A stretch of 64,000 bases of DNA from an uncultured Chloroflexia bacterium (GCA_963724295.1 CAVRUC010000013.1:64001-128000); one strand, 5' to 3'. Numbered from the stretch's first letter, positions 29,889-40,109 are shown. Notes: generated from the sequence alone by a model not told the origin. Made by a program: numbers and translations.

Positions 29889-30449
29889 ATGCGACCCCTT
29901 CGGTATTCCATCAACGTCACTTTGGACGGGTGCTGCGATCACCGTGCAGGAGTCGTGGACGAAGACTTGCATCGTCACGCGGCCGAGAACATCGCGCAGG
30001 CCGATGCCCTCCTCTTTGGCCGGGTAACCTACGAAATGATGGAGGCAGCGTGGCGGCCGGCGGGGACGGGAGTGTGGCCCGATTGGATGGCCGATTGGAT
30101 GGAACCCTTCGCCCGGACGATCGACGCGGCGAAGAAGTACGTCGTGTCGAGCACCCTGGACCGGGTTGATTGGAACGCGGAGCTCGTGCGCGGGGATCAT
30201 CTGGGAGAGGCCGTTCAGCAGCTGAAGCGGGAGCCGGGTAAGGGATTGTTCGTGGGAGGCGTGACGCTCCCGCTGGCGTTGGCGGAGCTGGGATTGATCG
30301 ACGAGTACGAGATCGTGGTGCACCCCAGGCTGGTGGGTCACGGGCCGACGTTGTTCGCGGGCCTCTCGAAGCCTGTCGACTTGAAGCTCGTGAGCCGGCT
30401 GGAGTTCGGCTCGGGGGCGGTGGCGATGCGGTATGAGCCTCGAAGGTAG
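29889..30449 (+). CDS. Dihydrofolate reductase/RibD C-terminal domain family protein
   Basis: NVTLDG, LLFGRVTYE, KYVVSSTL, VGG, GLIDEY, HP.LVG.G..LF motifs. Confidence 0.88.
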   Translation: MRPLRYSINVTLDGCCDHRAGVVDEDLHRHAAENIAQADALLFGRVTYEMMEAAWRPAGTGVWPDWMADWMEPFARTIDAAKKYVVSSTLDRVDWNAELVRGDHLGEAVQQLKREPGKGLFVGGVTLPLALAELGLIDEYEIVVHPRLVGHGPTLFAGLSKPVDLKLVSRLEFGSGAVAMRYEPRR

Positions 30450-30550
30450 CCATCGGGCTTGTTCCCCCCGAGTCGGCCGCATCATGGAGCAACTCGAGCC
30501 AATCCCGCGAATCCGCTAGTTGACGACACGTCCTCGTCTATTTTCGTCCT

Positions 30551-30732
30551 GACCGACTTACCGTCTCGCCGTCTCGCCGTCTGCGTCTCGTAGCCTTCGG
30601 AATCTTCGGAACCTTCGGAATCTTCGCCCTTGGCAAGCCCCGCCTCCACCCCTCCCGACCAGAGGGTCAGACAGCCAGGACAAGCGCAACCTGATAGCCC
30701 ATCACCTATCACCCATAACCCGTCACCCGGTC
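30551..30732. repeat. Cluster of 8-, 9- and 7-bp tandem repeats between convergent genes
   Basis: gaccgact taccgtct cgccgtct cgccgtct; ccttcggaa tcttcggaa ccttcggaa tcttcg; cccatca cctatca cccataa cccgtca. Confidence 0.7.
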
Positions 30733-31690
30733 ACAGTCCTGCCTGGGAGAAGAGCGTCTCGACATACGGTGAGGGAAAGACGGCAGTTTCTGGATCCCAC
30801 GCTCCTGGCCACCAATACTCGACCAGCACCCGGCCGATCAGGGCGTTGACGATGTCACCCGGGTGCTCCTGCCGATAGGTGGCGTCCGCGCCCGCGTCGT
30901 TGACGACGCTATAGGCGATCCGCACGTCCGGATCGATCGTGATCAAGCCCGTGTCCGCGCGCAGGCCATTGATAAATCCTGTCTTGTTGCCAACTCTGAT
31001 CGGCTGCGGCAGCCCGAAATCGCCCGCGTAAGGCCGATAGGCGATGAAGCGAGGCGCTTGCTCCAGATGGCGCTGCCGGCCCAGGATGGCGATCATCGCC
31101 CGCGACGCCGCCGCGGAGACCAGTTCCTCGCGTGCCAGCATCGCCACCAGTCGCATCAGGTCCCGCGGCGTCGCCTCGGCCAGGCTGCCGTTCGAGGTGA
31201 TCTCGCCGAACACGATGCGCCGGTGGACGACGATCGAAGAAAATCCCAGGTCACCCATCGTCGCGTTCACCTGCTGTGGACCACCGACGCGGTCGAGCAG
31301 CAGGTTCGTGGCGCTGTTGTCGCTGACGATGACCATCATCATCGCCAGGTCGCGTAGCGTGGGCTGCAAGCCGGGTCCGAAATCACGCAGGATGCCGGAG
31401 CCCATGACCACGTCCTCGGCGCCCAGGGTGACGCGCTCGTCGAGATCGAGAGCGCCCTCTTCCGCCTGTCGGAACACCTCGACCAGCAAGGGCAGCTTGA
31501 AGACGCTCGCCGTCGGCATCGATCGCTCCGCGTTTCGCGCGACCTCCTCGCCGGTGGTCAGATTCATCGCGGCGAGGGCGACCTCACCACCTGCCTGGGC
31601 CACAATGGCGTCGAGCGCCCGCTCCGCCTGCGCCCGTGTGCCGATCCTCTTCACGTCCACGCTCACCCCGTGCCCTTCCCCTCGAATCAC
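30731..31690 (-). CDS. Serine hydrolase, class A beta-lactamase-like (Beta-lactamase2 family)
   Basis: SxxK (TASVFK), SDN and KTG motifs; no signal peptide and no ExxLN omega-loop motif seen. Confidence 0.85.
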   Translation of the reverse strand: MIRGEGHGVSVDVKRIGTRAQAERALDAIVAQAGGEVALAAMNLTTGEEVARNAERSMPTASVFKLPLLVEVFRQAEEGALDLDERVTLGAEDVVMGSGILRDFGPGLQPTLRDLAMMMVIVSDNSATNLLLDRVGGPQQVNATMGDLGFSSIVVHRRIVFGEITSNGSLAEATPRDLMRLVAMLAREELVSAAASRAMIAILGRQRHLEQAPRFIAYRPYAGDFGLPQPIRVGNKTGFINGLRADTGLITIDPDVRIAYSVVNDAGADATYRQEHPGDIVNALIGRVLVEYWWPGAWDPETAVFPSPYVETLFSQAGL

Positions 31691-31777
31691 TCCACTGACG
31701 GTGTACGCCGGTCATAATCTCTGCACGAGGCAGATGGTCGATGATCGGCGCGGTCGATCGTTTCCTGGGGAGGCATC

Positions 31778-32581
31778 ATGGATTATGCGGCGCTGGCGCG
31801 CGAATCGCTCGAGCGGGTTGCTGCGAGCAAACCCCTTATTCACCAGATCACCAATGTGGTCGTCACGAATGACTCGGCCAACCTCACCCTGGCCTTCGGC
31901 GCACTCCCGGTCATGGCCTACGCGCCGCAGGAGGTAGCCGAGATGGCGGCCATCTCTCAGGCTTTGGTGCTCAATATCGGCACCCTGTCCGAGGAGGAGA
32001 TCGCCGCCATGCTCCTCGCCGGAATGGCCGCCGGCGAGAAAGGTATCCCGATCATCCTCGATCCGGTCGGAGCCGGCGCCACCACATTCCGCACCGAGAG
32101 CGCGCTGCGGCTGCTGCGAGAGTTGCCGATTACCGTGCTCCGTGGCAACCGCGGCGAGATCGGTGCATTGGTCGGTTCGGGCGAGGTGCGAGGGGTCGAG
32201 GCCACCGGGTCGGAGGACCCGCGTCAAGTCGCGGCGGCGGCTCGTGACGTCTTTGGCGTCACCGTGGCGGTCACCGGCCAGACCGACGTCATCGCCGGTC
32301 CTGACACGACCTATCTCGTCAACAACGGCTCGCCGCTCCTGGCCGGCATCACCGGCTCGGGCTGCATGGCGACGGCGACGATCGGGATCTTCGCCACCGC
32401 CGGGAGTGATCCCGCATTGCAGACCGCGCTGGGCCTGGCCACCTACGGTCTCGCCGCCGAGCGCGCGGCGAGCGGAGATCCGGGTCCCGGTACATTCCGG
32501 GCTCGCCTGCTGGACGAGGTTGCCGCGCTGCACGCCGCGGGGACGAAGGGGATCGATATCGTCGAGAGTGGTGAGGCGTAG
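31778..32581 (+). CDS. thiM: Hydroxyethylthiazole kinase
   Basis: PLIHQITN.V..N..AN..LA.GA.PVMA, LNIGTL, LDPVGAGAT.FR, RGN..EI, ITGSGC motifs. Confidence 0.93.
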   Translation: MDYAALARESLERVAASKPLIHQITNVVVTNDSANLTLAFGALPVMAYAPQEVAEMAAISQALVLNIGTLSEEEIAAMLLAGMAAGEKGIPIILDPVGAGATTFRTESALRLLRELPITVLRGNRGEIGALVGSGEVRGVEATGSEDPRQVAAAARDVFGVTVAVTGQTDVIAGPDTTYLVNNGSPLLAGITGSGCMATATIGIFATAGSDPALQTALGLATYGLAAERAASGDPGPGTFRARLLDEVAALHAAGTKGIDIVESGEA

Positions 32582-32588
32582 GTTGGCA

Positions 32589-32659
32589 AGACGGCCAGTC
32601 GGTAAGTCGGTCAGTCGGTAAGAACGAGAAAAGACTGATGGCCAATAGCCAATGGCCGA
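32589..32659 (+). repeat. Short tandem repeats (8-mer AGWCGGYM x4; 7-mer TRGCCRA x3)
   Basis: agacggcc agtcggta agtcggtc agtcggta ... tggccaa tagccaa tggccga; 32597-32612 is the reverse complement of 30551-30566 with one mismatch. Confidence 0.7.
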
Positions 32660-32684
32660 TAATCGAACAGAGAAGTGAGGCGAG

Positions 32685-33356
32685 ATGACAGAGGAGCTCT
32701 GGACCGCGGTCGACCGCTATTTCGGCGATCTGCTGGTAGCTGCCGATCCCGCGCTGGATGAGGCACTCGCGGACAGCGCGGCCGCCGGACTACCGGCGAT
32801 CAATGTCTCGCCGGTGCAGGGAAAACTGCTCCATCTCCTGGCGCGAGCCATCGGCGCCCGCAATGTCCTGGAGATCGGCACGCTCGGTGGCTACAGCACC
32901 ATCTGGCTGGCCCGGGCTCTGCCCGACGGCGGCCGCGTGATCTCGCTCGAAGCCGATCCCAGGCACGCCGAGGTCGCTCGCGCCAACATCGCCCGCGCTG
33001 GACTGGACGACAGGGTCGAGGTGCGGCTCGGTATGGCCCTGGATCTCCTGCCAGAGTTGGCCGAACGTGCAGAGCCGTTCGATTTCGTCTTCATCGACGC
33101 CGACAAACCGAACAACGCGGCCTACTTCGATTGGGCGCTGAAGCTCTCCCGGGCCGGCACCATCATCGTCGTCGACAACGTCGTCCGTGGCGGTGAGGTG
33201 ATCGCCGCGGCGAGCGACTCCCCGACGGTGCAAGGCGTGCATCGCTTCCTGGAGCGGCTCGCCGCCGAGCCGCGGGTCAGCGCCACCGCGATCCAGACAG
33301 TCGGCGGCAAGGGATATGACGGTTTCGCGATTGCGCTCGTGACGTCGAACCCCTAG
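32685..33356 (+). CDS. Class I SAM-dependent O-methyltransferase (Methyltransf_3)
   Basis: VSPVQGKLL, LEIGTLGGYSTIWLA, FDFVFIDADK, VDNVVR.G, KGYDGF motifs. Confidence 0.92.
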   Translation: MTEELWTAVDRYFGDLLVAADPALDEALADSAAAGLPAINVSPVQGKLLHLLARAIGARNVLEIGTLGGYSTIWLARALPDGGRVISLEADPRHAEVARANIARAGLDDRVEVRLGMALDLLPELAERAEPFDFVFIDADKPNNAAYFDWALKLSRAGTIIVVDNVVRGGEVIAAASDSPTVQGVHRFLERLAAEPRVSATAIQTVGGKGYDGFAIALVTSNP

Positions 33357-33548
33357 CTTGCCTCCGGCCGCGTGCGACGCGGCGGATTGGCACCGCTTAT
33401 GTTGCCGCTCATATACTCCCCGTACCGCTCGCAAAACCGGGAGATTCCGGACACACCCGCGTCACGGGGCAGCGAGCATTCCACCAACGCTGGGAACGGC
33501 CGGTGGCAACCCGGCCGCACGGCTCGTTGACCGGCGCGGGAGAGAGCC

Positions 33549-35066
33549 ATGCGTCTCTGCTCGCCAACTGGCCCTTTCACGGCTTTTCTAGGCCGGCTGG
33601 CGCTTGCGCTGTCGATCGTCACCCTCACGCTTGCGAGCGCGGCGCCGCTCGTCGCGGCGTGGCAAACCACGCCGCCGTCGCTGCCCATGCCTCCCCCACC
33701 CCCTGCCGACCCGCCTGAGGGCTTCACCAGTGCCGAAACCGAACACGCCAGGATTCACGTCGAGCCGGGCACGGAGATCGACGCCGCAGCCTTCGCGCGC
33801 ACCTGGGGATTGCTCATCGACGATGGGCTGGATCAGCTCGAGTCGTTCCTACCGCCGCTCCACGACAAGATCGACGTCTACGTCTATGTGAGCGCCGATT
33901 CGTACACCGCCGCCATCACCGCCACCCGCTGGCGCGAACCGGAAGCAACCGACGTGCTGGCGAATCCCGGCCGGGGCGACATCGCGGTCAATCAGATCGC
34001 TCTTGCCAAGCGCACGCCGCTGGAAGCGGAAAATGCGCTGCGGCACGCGATGTCCCACGTCGTGGCCAGGGAAGCATCCGGTGGCCGCATCCCTCGTGGA
34101 TTCGACGAGGGGTTAGCTGCCTATTTCGAGCGGCCGGTGCCCGCCCGTCTGGCCCGGCACGCGGCACTGGTACAAAACGCTCGTGCCGGGGGCAGCCTGA
34201 TGTCGTGGTCGGATCTCAACCGTCCCGCGGCGCCCGACACCCCGCCACCGGTGCTGATCGCCCACGCCTACAGCATGGTTGCGTTTCTCATCGACCGTCA
34301 CGGTCCGGCCGTCCTCGGCGATTTCATCACCGCGCTGGCCGACGAGCCCGACTGGCGCGCCGTGCTGCGCGCGACCTACAGCAGGGCGCCCAACGAGCTG
34401 GAAGCGCAATGGGAGGAGAGCTTGCCGCGCTGGACGGCCGGCGGCTGGCGCACGAACTTGCTGGCGGCGTTCGATCTGCAACCCGCGCGAGAGCTCCTCG
34501 AGCTTGGACATTACGCGACAGCCCGCCGCGAGTTGGAGCAGTCCCTCCGGCTCTTCACCGATCTTGGCGATGACGAGGGCATCGCCGAAGTCGGGATGCT
34601 GCTGGGTCAGACCGATACCGGACTGCAGGCCGAGACGTTCATGTCTCAGGCACAGGCAGCGTTGGAACATCATGACTACAATCGGGCACAGACACTCCTG
34701 CAGGAGGCTCGCACCCAGTACGACCGGCTCTCCGCGGCGCAGGAGCCAACTGAGCTCATCGCCGCCTACGACGAGCTGATCCAGGCAGGCACGCAAGCGT
34801 CCCGCGATCTCGAGAACGCCCGCCAGCAATCGCTGCGTTGGGCCGACTATCCAATGGCCCGTGCCTCTGCGCTCGCCGCGGGGGCTGGGTACGCTCGTCT
34901 GGGCGATGACGCCGGAAGGAGCCAGACGGCAGAGGTGCTCGAAGCCCTTGACTCACGCCAGCGCCGCCTCGTCCTTCTCTTTGGCGGCCTGGCGCTGCTC
35001 TCCGCGGCATGGTTGACCCTCTGGCTCTGGGCCCGTGGCGGGCCTCAGCTCGATTGGGAGCGCTAA
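33549..35066 (+). CDS. Exported, C-terminally anchored peptidase MA-like protein with helical (TPR-like) region; degenerate zinc motif
   Basis: Signal-like N-terminus; LRHAMSHVV...IPRGFDEGLAAYF; AY..V.FL..R.G; C-terminal TM. Confidence 0.7.
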   Translation: MRLCSPTGPFTAFLGRLALALSIVTLTLASAAPLVAAWQTTPPSLPMPPPPPADPPEGFTSAETEHARIHVEPGTEIDAAAFARTWGLLIDDGLDQLESFLPPLHDKIDVYVYVSADSYTAAITATRWREPEATDVLANPGRGDIAVNQIALAKRTPLEAENALRHAMSHVVAREASGGRIPRGFDEGLAAYFERPVPARLARHAALVQNARAGGSLMSWSDLNRPAAPDTPPPVLIAHAYSMVAFLIDRHGPAVLGDFITALADEPDWRAVLRATYSRAPNELEAQWEESLPRWTAGGWRTNLLAAFDLQPARELLELGHYATARRELEQSLRLFTDLGDDEGIAEVGMLLGQTDTGLQAETFMSQAQAALEHHDYNRAQTLLQEARTQYDRLSAAQEPTELIAAYDELIQAGTQASRDLENARQQSLRWADYPMARASALAAGAGYARLGDDAGRSQTAEVLEALDSRQRRLVLLFGGLALLSAAWLTLWLWARGGPQLDWER

Positions 35067-37045
35067 TGCAACGCTCGGCCTCCCTACCCCGGCTCCAACC
35101 CGCCACTGCTCCCTGGGAGCGGGCGCGGGCCGCTCTTGACCATCTTGGCCAGCAGCTAGCCGACCCGGTCACCCGCCCGGCCTTCTTCTGGCGCGCGTTC
35201 TGGGCGCCGTTCTGGGTCTGGTCCGATTCGCCCAGGCCGGCATTGCCAGCGCGCGGACCAGCCGTACCCAGGGATCTTGGTCTTGCCGGGGAAGCGGTCG
35301 TGAGCGGCATCGACCGCGTGCGCCGTCGTCTCTGGGTCACCCTCGCCGCGGCGGCGATTTGCCGCGGTATCTGGCTCGCGCTGGCCTTTGCCGCGGTACT
35401 CATGGTCCTCGATGTCCTGGGTGGGCCGACGTTCGATCCACGACCTGCCGCTATTGCCGGCGTGTTGCTGCTGCTCGCCGGTCTGGTGCTGGCCGCATTG
35501 AGCAAGCCATCCCGCATGCGTGCGGCACGCATGCTCGACCGCACCTTCGGGCTCCAGGAACGACTGAGCACCGCGCTCGACGACCTCGGCCTCGGCGTGC
35601 CCGCGCCAGGAGAGCGGGCCCCGGTCGTCTATTTACAGATGGCCGACGCCGCCAACGCTATGGCCGTCCTGCGCAATGACAGCCGGTTGCGCCCGGCGAT
35701 CCCCGTCCGGGAGGTCGTCCTCGTCGTCTTGTGTGCCCTGGTGCTGGCGACCCTGGCGTTTCTCCGCGGTTTGGGAGGCGGTTTGCCGGAGCTTGCCGTG
35801 GCCCACGTGCCGCCCTTCACCCCCGCTATCGAACGACCCGCCGAGCCCGAGCCCTCGGCTGCTGAGCTGGACGCGGCGGCGATGGTGCCCACCGTCCAGG
35901 AAGTCATGGAGCGCGCTGACCGCTCAGCGCAAACCAGGCGGGATCTGCAGGCACTGGCGGCCGCGCTCGCCGACCACGCGGTGACCCGGCCGGCGGCCGA
36001 GGAGATCGCGCGCGGTGACTACGACGCGGCCGGCGAACAGATTCGCGATGCCGCGGCGCAGGCCGGAGAGCTGTCGTCCGGAGCGCGAGATGGGCTCGCC
36101 GAGGATCTGGAGCGCGCCTCGGAGACAATGCAGCCGGAGAGCAATGGACTCCACGAAGCGTCGCGGGACGCCGCGTCAGGGCTACGCCAGGACGATGAGA
36201 CGGCTCGCACGGAGATGGGGGATCTCGCCGACGCGGTGGAGCGTGCCGGGGAGCAGGTCGTTCCGCAAGACGAACTGGCCTCTCAGATGCGTAACGCGCG
36301 GCAGGCCCAGGCCCAGCAGGGTGGTGACAGCGGCCAGTCCGGCTCCCAGAGTCAGAGTGGAGATCCAGGCGATGCCGCAACACAGTCGAGCGCCGGCGGT
36401 GATCCGGGAAGCGGCGTCGATGCCGATGCGTCCAGCGGCTCGGAAGGAGATGCGGCACAGAGCGAACGTGGCGCACAGCCCGGTGAAAATAGCGGCGATG
36501 GCGCGGAGGGTGAGTCGGGGCAATCGGGTGAGAGCGGCCGGGGCACCACCCCCGGCGACGCGGATCAGCCCGGGCCTGGTGAAGGCGGGGCTCCTGACGA
36601 TGCGTCGCAACGTGGGGCGAACGCCAGTGGCATGGAAAGCGAAGGAGACTCAGCAAACGCGCAACAAGGCGCCGGCGCTGGCACCGGCGAAGCAGGCGAC
36701 CCGACCGGCGAAGACGGTTCGGCGTCGGCCTCGAATCTCGCGGTCGGCGCGGGCGAAGATCCCGCCGATGCCAACGTTTCGACCGGCGGCGCCGCGGAGG
36801 CCGATCCCGCTGCCCTCGAAGGCGCCAACCCTGGTGTCGCGCTCCCATCCAGCTCCGGTCAGCAAGGCGTGCAGACCTCATCCGATGGTGGGTCGGCGAT
36901 GCGCGGCTCCGGCGCCGGGGTGACCGCGGGTTCCGGGTTCGCCGTGCAAGGCGAAGTCGGCGACGGGGGACCTGACTCCAACCGGGTTCCCGCCGAGCAC
37001 CGGGAAACGGTCGAGCGCTATTTTTCCAACGGCGGCGGCGAATGA
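35066..37045 (+). CDS. Membrane protein with coiled-coil and Gly/Ser/Gln/Asp-rich tail (DUF4175-like, MoxR-cluster associated)
   Basis: TMs, LDR.FGLQERLSTAL, low-complexity C-terminus ending VPAEHRETVERYF; TAATG overlap with the upstream gene. Confidence 0.7.
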   Translation: MQRSASLPRLQPATAPWERARAALDHLGQQLADPVTRPAFFWRAFWAPFWVWSDSPRPALPARGPAVPRDLGLAGEAVVSGIDRVRRRLWVTLAAAAICRGIWLALAFAAVLMVLDVLGGPTFDPRPAAIAGVLLLLAGLVLAALSKPSRMRAARMLDRTFGLQERLSTALDDLGLGVPAPGERAPVVYLQMADAANAMAVLRNDSRLRPAIPVREVVLVVLCALVLATLAFLRGLGGGLPELAVAHVPPFTPAIERPAEPEPSAAELDAAAMVPTVQEVMERADRSAQTRRDLQALAAALADHAVTRPAAEEIARGDYDAAGEQIRDAAAQAGELSSGARDGLAEDLERASETMQPESNGLHEASRDAASGLRQDDETARTEMGDLADAVERAGEQVVPQDELASQMRNARQAQAQQGGDSGQSGSQSQSGDPGDAATQSSAGGDPGSGVDADASSGSEGDAAQSERGAQPGENSGDGAEGESGQSGESGRGTTPGDADQPGPGEGGAPDDASQRGANASGMESEGDSANAQQGAGAGTGEAGDPTGEDGSASASNLAVGAGEDPADANVSTGGAAEADPAALEGANPGVALPSSSGQQGVQTSSDGGSAMRGSGAGVTAGSGFAVQGEVGDGGPDSNRVPAEHRETVERYFSNGGGE

Positions 37046-38103
37046 GCGCCTCGGACATGCAGCCGGCGGGATGGCGCAACGCGACGCTCGGTTCGATGCG
37101 CTCTCGCGTCTGGCGGCCGTTCTCGAAGCGCGCGACGGCCAGCACCGATGCCGCCGAGACAGCCGCCGGTGATCTGCTGCTCGACGAGCGCACGCTAGCT
37201 CGCCTCCGCCGCCTTTCCCTGGTGGCCGGCCGGGCCCGCACCGAGGGCCTGGCCGGCGAGCACCGATCGCGCCGTCGCGGCACGTCGCCGGAATTTGCCG
37301 ATTTCAAACGGTATTCCCAGGGAGACGACTTCCGCCGCATCGACTGGAACACCTACGCCCGGTTGGACAGCCTCTTCGTGCGGCTGAGCGAGGTCACGAC
37401 CGAGCTCTCAGTCCATTTCCTGCTCGATAGCAGCGCTTCGATGGACTGGCGCGGGAGCGACGACCGGCCCACGAAGTTTACGGCCGCCAGATGCCTCACC
37501 GGCGCGCTGGCGTATATCGCGCTCTGGGGATTCGATCGGGTCTCGATCGTGCCCTTCACCGAAGCGCTGGGCAGACCATACGGACCGGTGCAGGGGCGGT
37601 CCCAGGTGGTGCCAGCCTTGCGACACCTGCAACGCATGCAACCGCTGGGTGGGACCGCGCTGACGCCGGCGATCGGGGCCTACGCGCATGGCCGCTCCCG
37701 CCGTGGTCTCCTCTTTCTCGTCTCCGATCTGCTCTCCGGTGAGCCGGAGGATCTGCAAGCGGCTCTGCACGATCTCCGTGCCCGCGGCTGGCAGACGGCG
37801 GTGCTGCACATTGTCGACGAGGCGGAAGTGGCCACTGACGCGGCGGCCGCCTGGTTGACACGGGAAGAGGATGGGATCGGAGTGACGTCGCTCGAGCTGG
37901 TCGACCGGGAATCCGGCGCAATCCTGCGACTGGCGCCGGACGACGATCTGGTGGCGCGGTATGCGGCCGGCGTGACTACCTGGCTCGAAGGCCTGGAAGC
38001 GGCGTGTGCCGCGGAACAGGCGGCCTACGCCCGAGTCTCGACCGCCTGGGGCGTCGACGATCTGACGGTGGCCCTCCTTCACGCGCGGGGGGTCGTGGCA
38101 TGA
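37042..38103 (+). CDS. DUF58 domain-containing protein
   Basis: GEHRSRRRG.S.EFADF.RY..GDD.R.IDWN.YAR, LDSSASM, VSDL motifs. Confidence 0.92.
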   Translation: MSASDMQPAGWRNATLGSMRSRVWRPFSKRATASTDAAETAAGDLLLDERTLARLRRLSLVAGRARTEGLAGEHRSRRRGTSPEFADFKRYSQGDDFRRIDWNTYARLDSLFVRLSEVTTELSVHFLLDSSASMDWRGSDDRPTKFTAARCLTGALAYIALWGFDRVSIVPFTEALGRPYGPVQGRSQVVPALRHLQRMQPLGGTALTPAIGAYAHGRSRRGLLFLVSDLLSGEPEDLQAALHDLRARGWQTAVLHIVDEAEVATDAAAAWLTREEDGIGVTSLELVDRESGAILRLAPDDDLVARYAAGVTTWLEGLEAACAAEQAAYARVSTAWGVDDLTVALLHARGVVA

Positions 38104-40109
38104 ACCTGCTCGCCCCTCTCGGGCTGGCCGCCCTGGTCGCCATCCCGGTCATCATCCTCTTCCACATGCGGCACACCACGCCGACTCGCCGCCCGGTCCC
38201 GTCTCTCCGCTTCTGGGAGGCGGCCAACCCGCGACCAGCCGAGGCCCGCCGCTTGCGGCGGCCACCACTCTCCCTGCCTCTCCTGCTCCAGATTGCCGCC
38301 GCCGCGTTACTCGCCATCGCGCTGGCGCGACCCGCCACCGCGGCTCAACTTGCGGCCCTTGCGCCGGGCCTGCATGCCGAACCGCGCCACCTCATCCTCC
38401 TCCTCGATGGGTCGACCAGCATGAGCGCCACTGCCAGCGCCACATCGCTCTCGCGCTGGGACGCTGCCCGCCGCGAGGCGTTGGATCGCCTGGCTCCACT
38501 GCGCCAGGGTGACGTCGCGACCGTGATCCTGATGGGCACGCGCCCCGTGACGTTGACCGCAACCGATGACGCATCGCTCATCGCCCTCCGCGAGCGACTG
38601 GCCCTGGTCGCCCAACCAGGAGGACGCGCGGATCTCGATGACGCCCTCGCGCTGGCCGGCGATCTCTTTTTGCCGAATCTCGACCGGGAGGTAGTCGTCA
38701 TCAGCGACGGCGCGGTTACTGCCGATCCGGCGGTCGTAGCCGGTGTCGAGGCGCCGGTGACCCTCGTGATCGCGGGTGGCGCCGAGGGCGATGAGGAGCG
38801 CGCCAACCTGGCCGTCATCGATGTTTCGGCGAGACCGAGCCCCAGCGGCGACGGCACCGTCGGGCTCTATACCTCGGTTGCCAATTTCGGTTCGCGGAGT
38901 CTCACCGTCCCGGTTTCGCTGCAGGGCGACGGTCTCGAGATCGGCCGTTCCGAGGTGACGATTGCCGGAGGGGGGGCCGTTGAACCTTTGCGCTGGCTCC
39001 TGCCTCCCGGTGTGGCCGAGCTGACAGTGCGCATCGAGCACGCTGATAGCCTCGCCGCTGACAACACCGCGTCCCTGCTCCCGAGCGAAACAGCCACCAC
39101 GACCATCGCGCCGCGCATTCTGCTTGTGTCGGACCTCCCCGGCGCGCTCGCGCGTGCCCTCACGGCGATCGACAACGTCCAGCTCACCATCGAACCGAGT
39201 GACAACCTGGCCGCGATCGCCGCTGGTGGCTACGACCTCGTCGTCTTCGACCGCGCCGCTCCGGCCAGTGAGACGCTGTCGAAGATCGACACCGCGAGTC
39301 TCTGGGTCGGACCTCCGGTGGGAGGGCCGTTCGCGGTGGCCGAGGGTGTCATCAATCCCCAGGTCACGCGGGTGCGTGCCGGTGATCCGCTGCTGGAAGG
39401 GGTCGACCTGTCCGGTGCGACCTTTGGCCCGACTCCCATCTTTACGCTCAACGCCGGAGATGACGAGATCGTCGGTTCCGCGGACGGCCCGCTGCTCTTT
39501 CGCACGGAGATCAACGACCAGCCGGCGGTGGTGCTGACCGTCGATCCCGAGACATCGAACTTGCCGAAGCGAGTCGCGTTTCCGGTGCTGGTCGCGAACA
39601 TGGTCGAGGCGCTCGCTCCCGACGGCATCCCAGCCGCGATACCGCTGGGAGAACCACTCGTTTACGAGCCTCGTGCATCCACAGCCTCGGTCGAGATCGT
39701 CCCGCCCTCCGGCGACGCCGCGCTTCTCCCGGTCTTTTCCACGGAGACTGACGAGGGCGAAAGCGCGACCGGTTCGGTCTCGCGGGACATCGTCTACACC
39801 GACACCGGTGCGGCAGGCGTCTACACCGTCACGGAGACTGACGCAACGGGGATCGATCTGGGAGCGACGCGCTTCGTCGTCAACGCCGGTCACCAGCGGG
39901 AGTCGGACCTGCGCCTCGATCCGAATCTGGCATCGGCGCTGGCCACCGCATCCGGGTCCGGCGTAACGGCGCAGCGGGAGGAGCGTGTCGATCTCTGGCC
40001 GCTCCTCGCCTTCATCGCCCTGCTGGTCATCGTCGCCGAATGGATAACGGCACTCTGGCCATCCGTGCGTAGAGCGACGAAGCGGCCGCTCCCTCGGGGT
40101 GCGACGTGA
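38100..40109 (+). CDS. BatA N-terminal domain plus vWA domain protein
   Basis: M.LLAP.GL..L..IP.I.L.H, PSLRFW, LARP, MIDAS LDGSTSM, ISDG, ESD and C-terminal LW..L TM. Confidence 0.88.
   Translation: MNLLAPLGLAALVAIPVIILFHMRHTTPTRRPVPSLRFWEAANPRPAEARRLRRPPLSLPLLLQIAAAALLAIALARPATAAQLAALAPGLHAEPRHLILLLDGSTSMSATASATSLSRWDAARREALDRLAPLRQGDVATVILMGTRPVTLTATDDASLIALRERLALVAQPGGRADLDDALALAGDLFLPNLDREVVVISDGAVTADPAVVAGVEAPVTLVIAGGAEGDEERANLAVIDVSARPSPSGDGTVGLYTSVANFGSRSLTVPVSLQGDGLEIGRSEVTIAGGGAVEPLRWLLPPGVAELTVRIEHADSLAADNTASLLPSETATTTIAPRILLVSDLPGALARALTAIDNVQLTIEPSDNLAAIAAGGYDLVVFDRAAPASETLSKIDTASLWVGPPVGGPFAVAEGVINPQVTRVRAGDPLLEGVDLSGATFGPTPIFTLNAGDDEIVGSADGPLLFRTEINDQPAVVLTVDPETSNLPKRVAFPVLVANMVEALAPDGIPAAIPLGEPLVYEPRASTASVEIVPPSGDAALLPVFSTETDEGESATGSVSRDIVYTDTGAAGVYTVTETDATGIDLGATRFVVNAGHQRESDLRLDPNLASALATASGSGVTAQREERVDLWPLLAFIALLVIVAEWITALWPSVRRATKRPLPRGAT

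Noticed and set aside
31691..31777. TPP riboswitch upstream of thiM
   Set aside because: The gap is short and shared with a divergent gene, and lacks the CTGAGA core.
33425..33480. c-di-GMP-I riboswitch (GCAAA followed by a hairpin)
   Set aside because: Lacks the GNRA-capped P2 and the second GCAAA/receptor arrangement.
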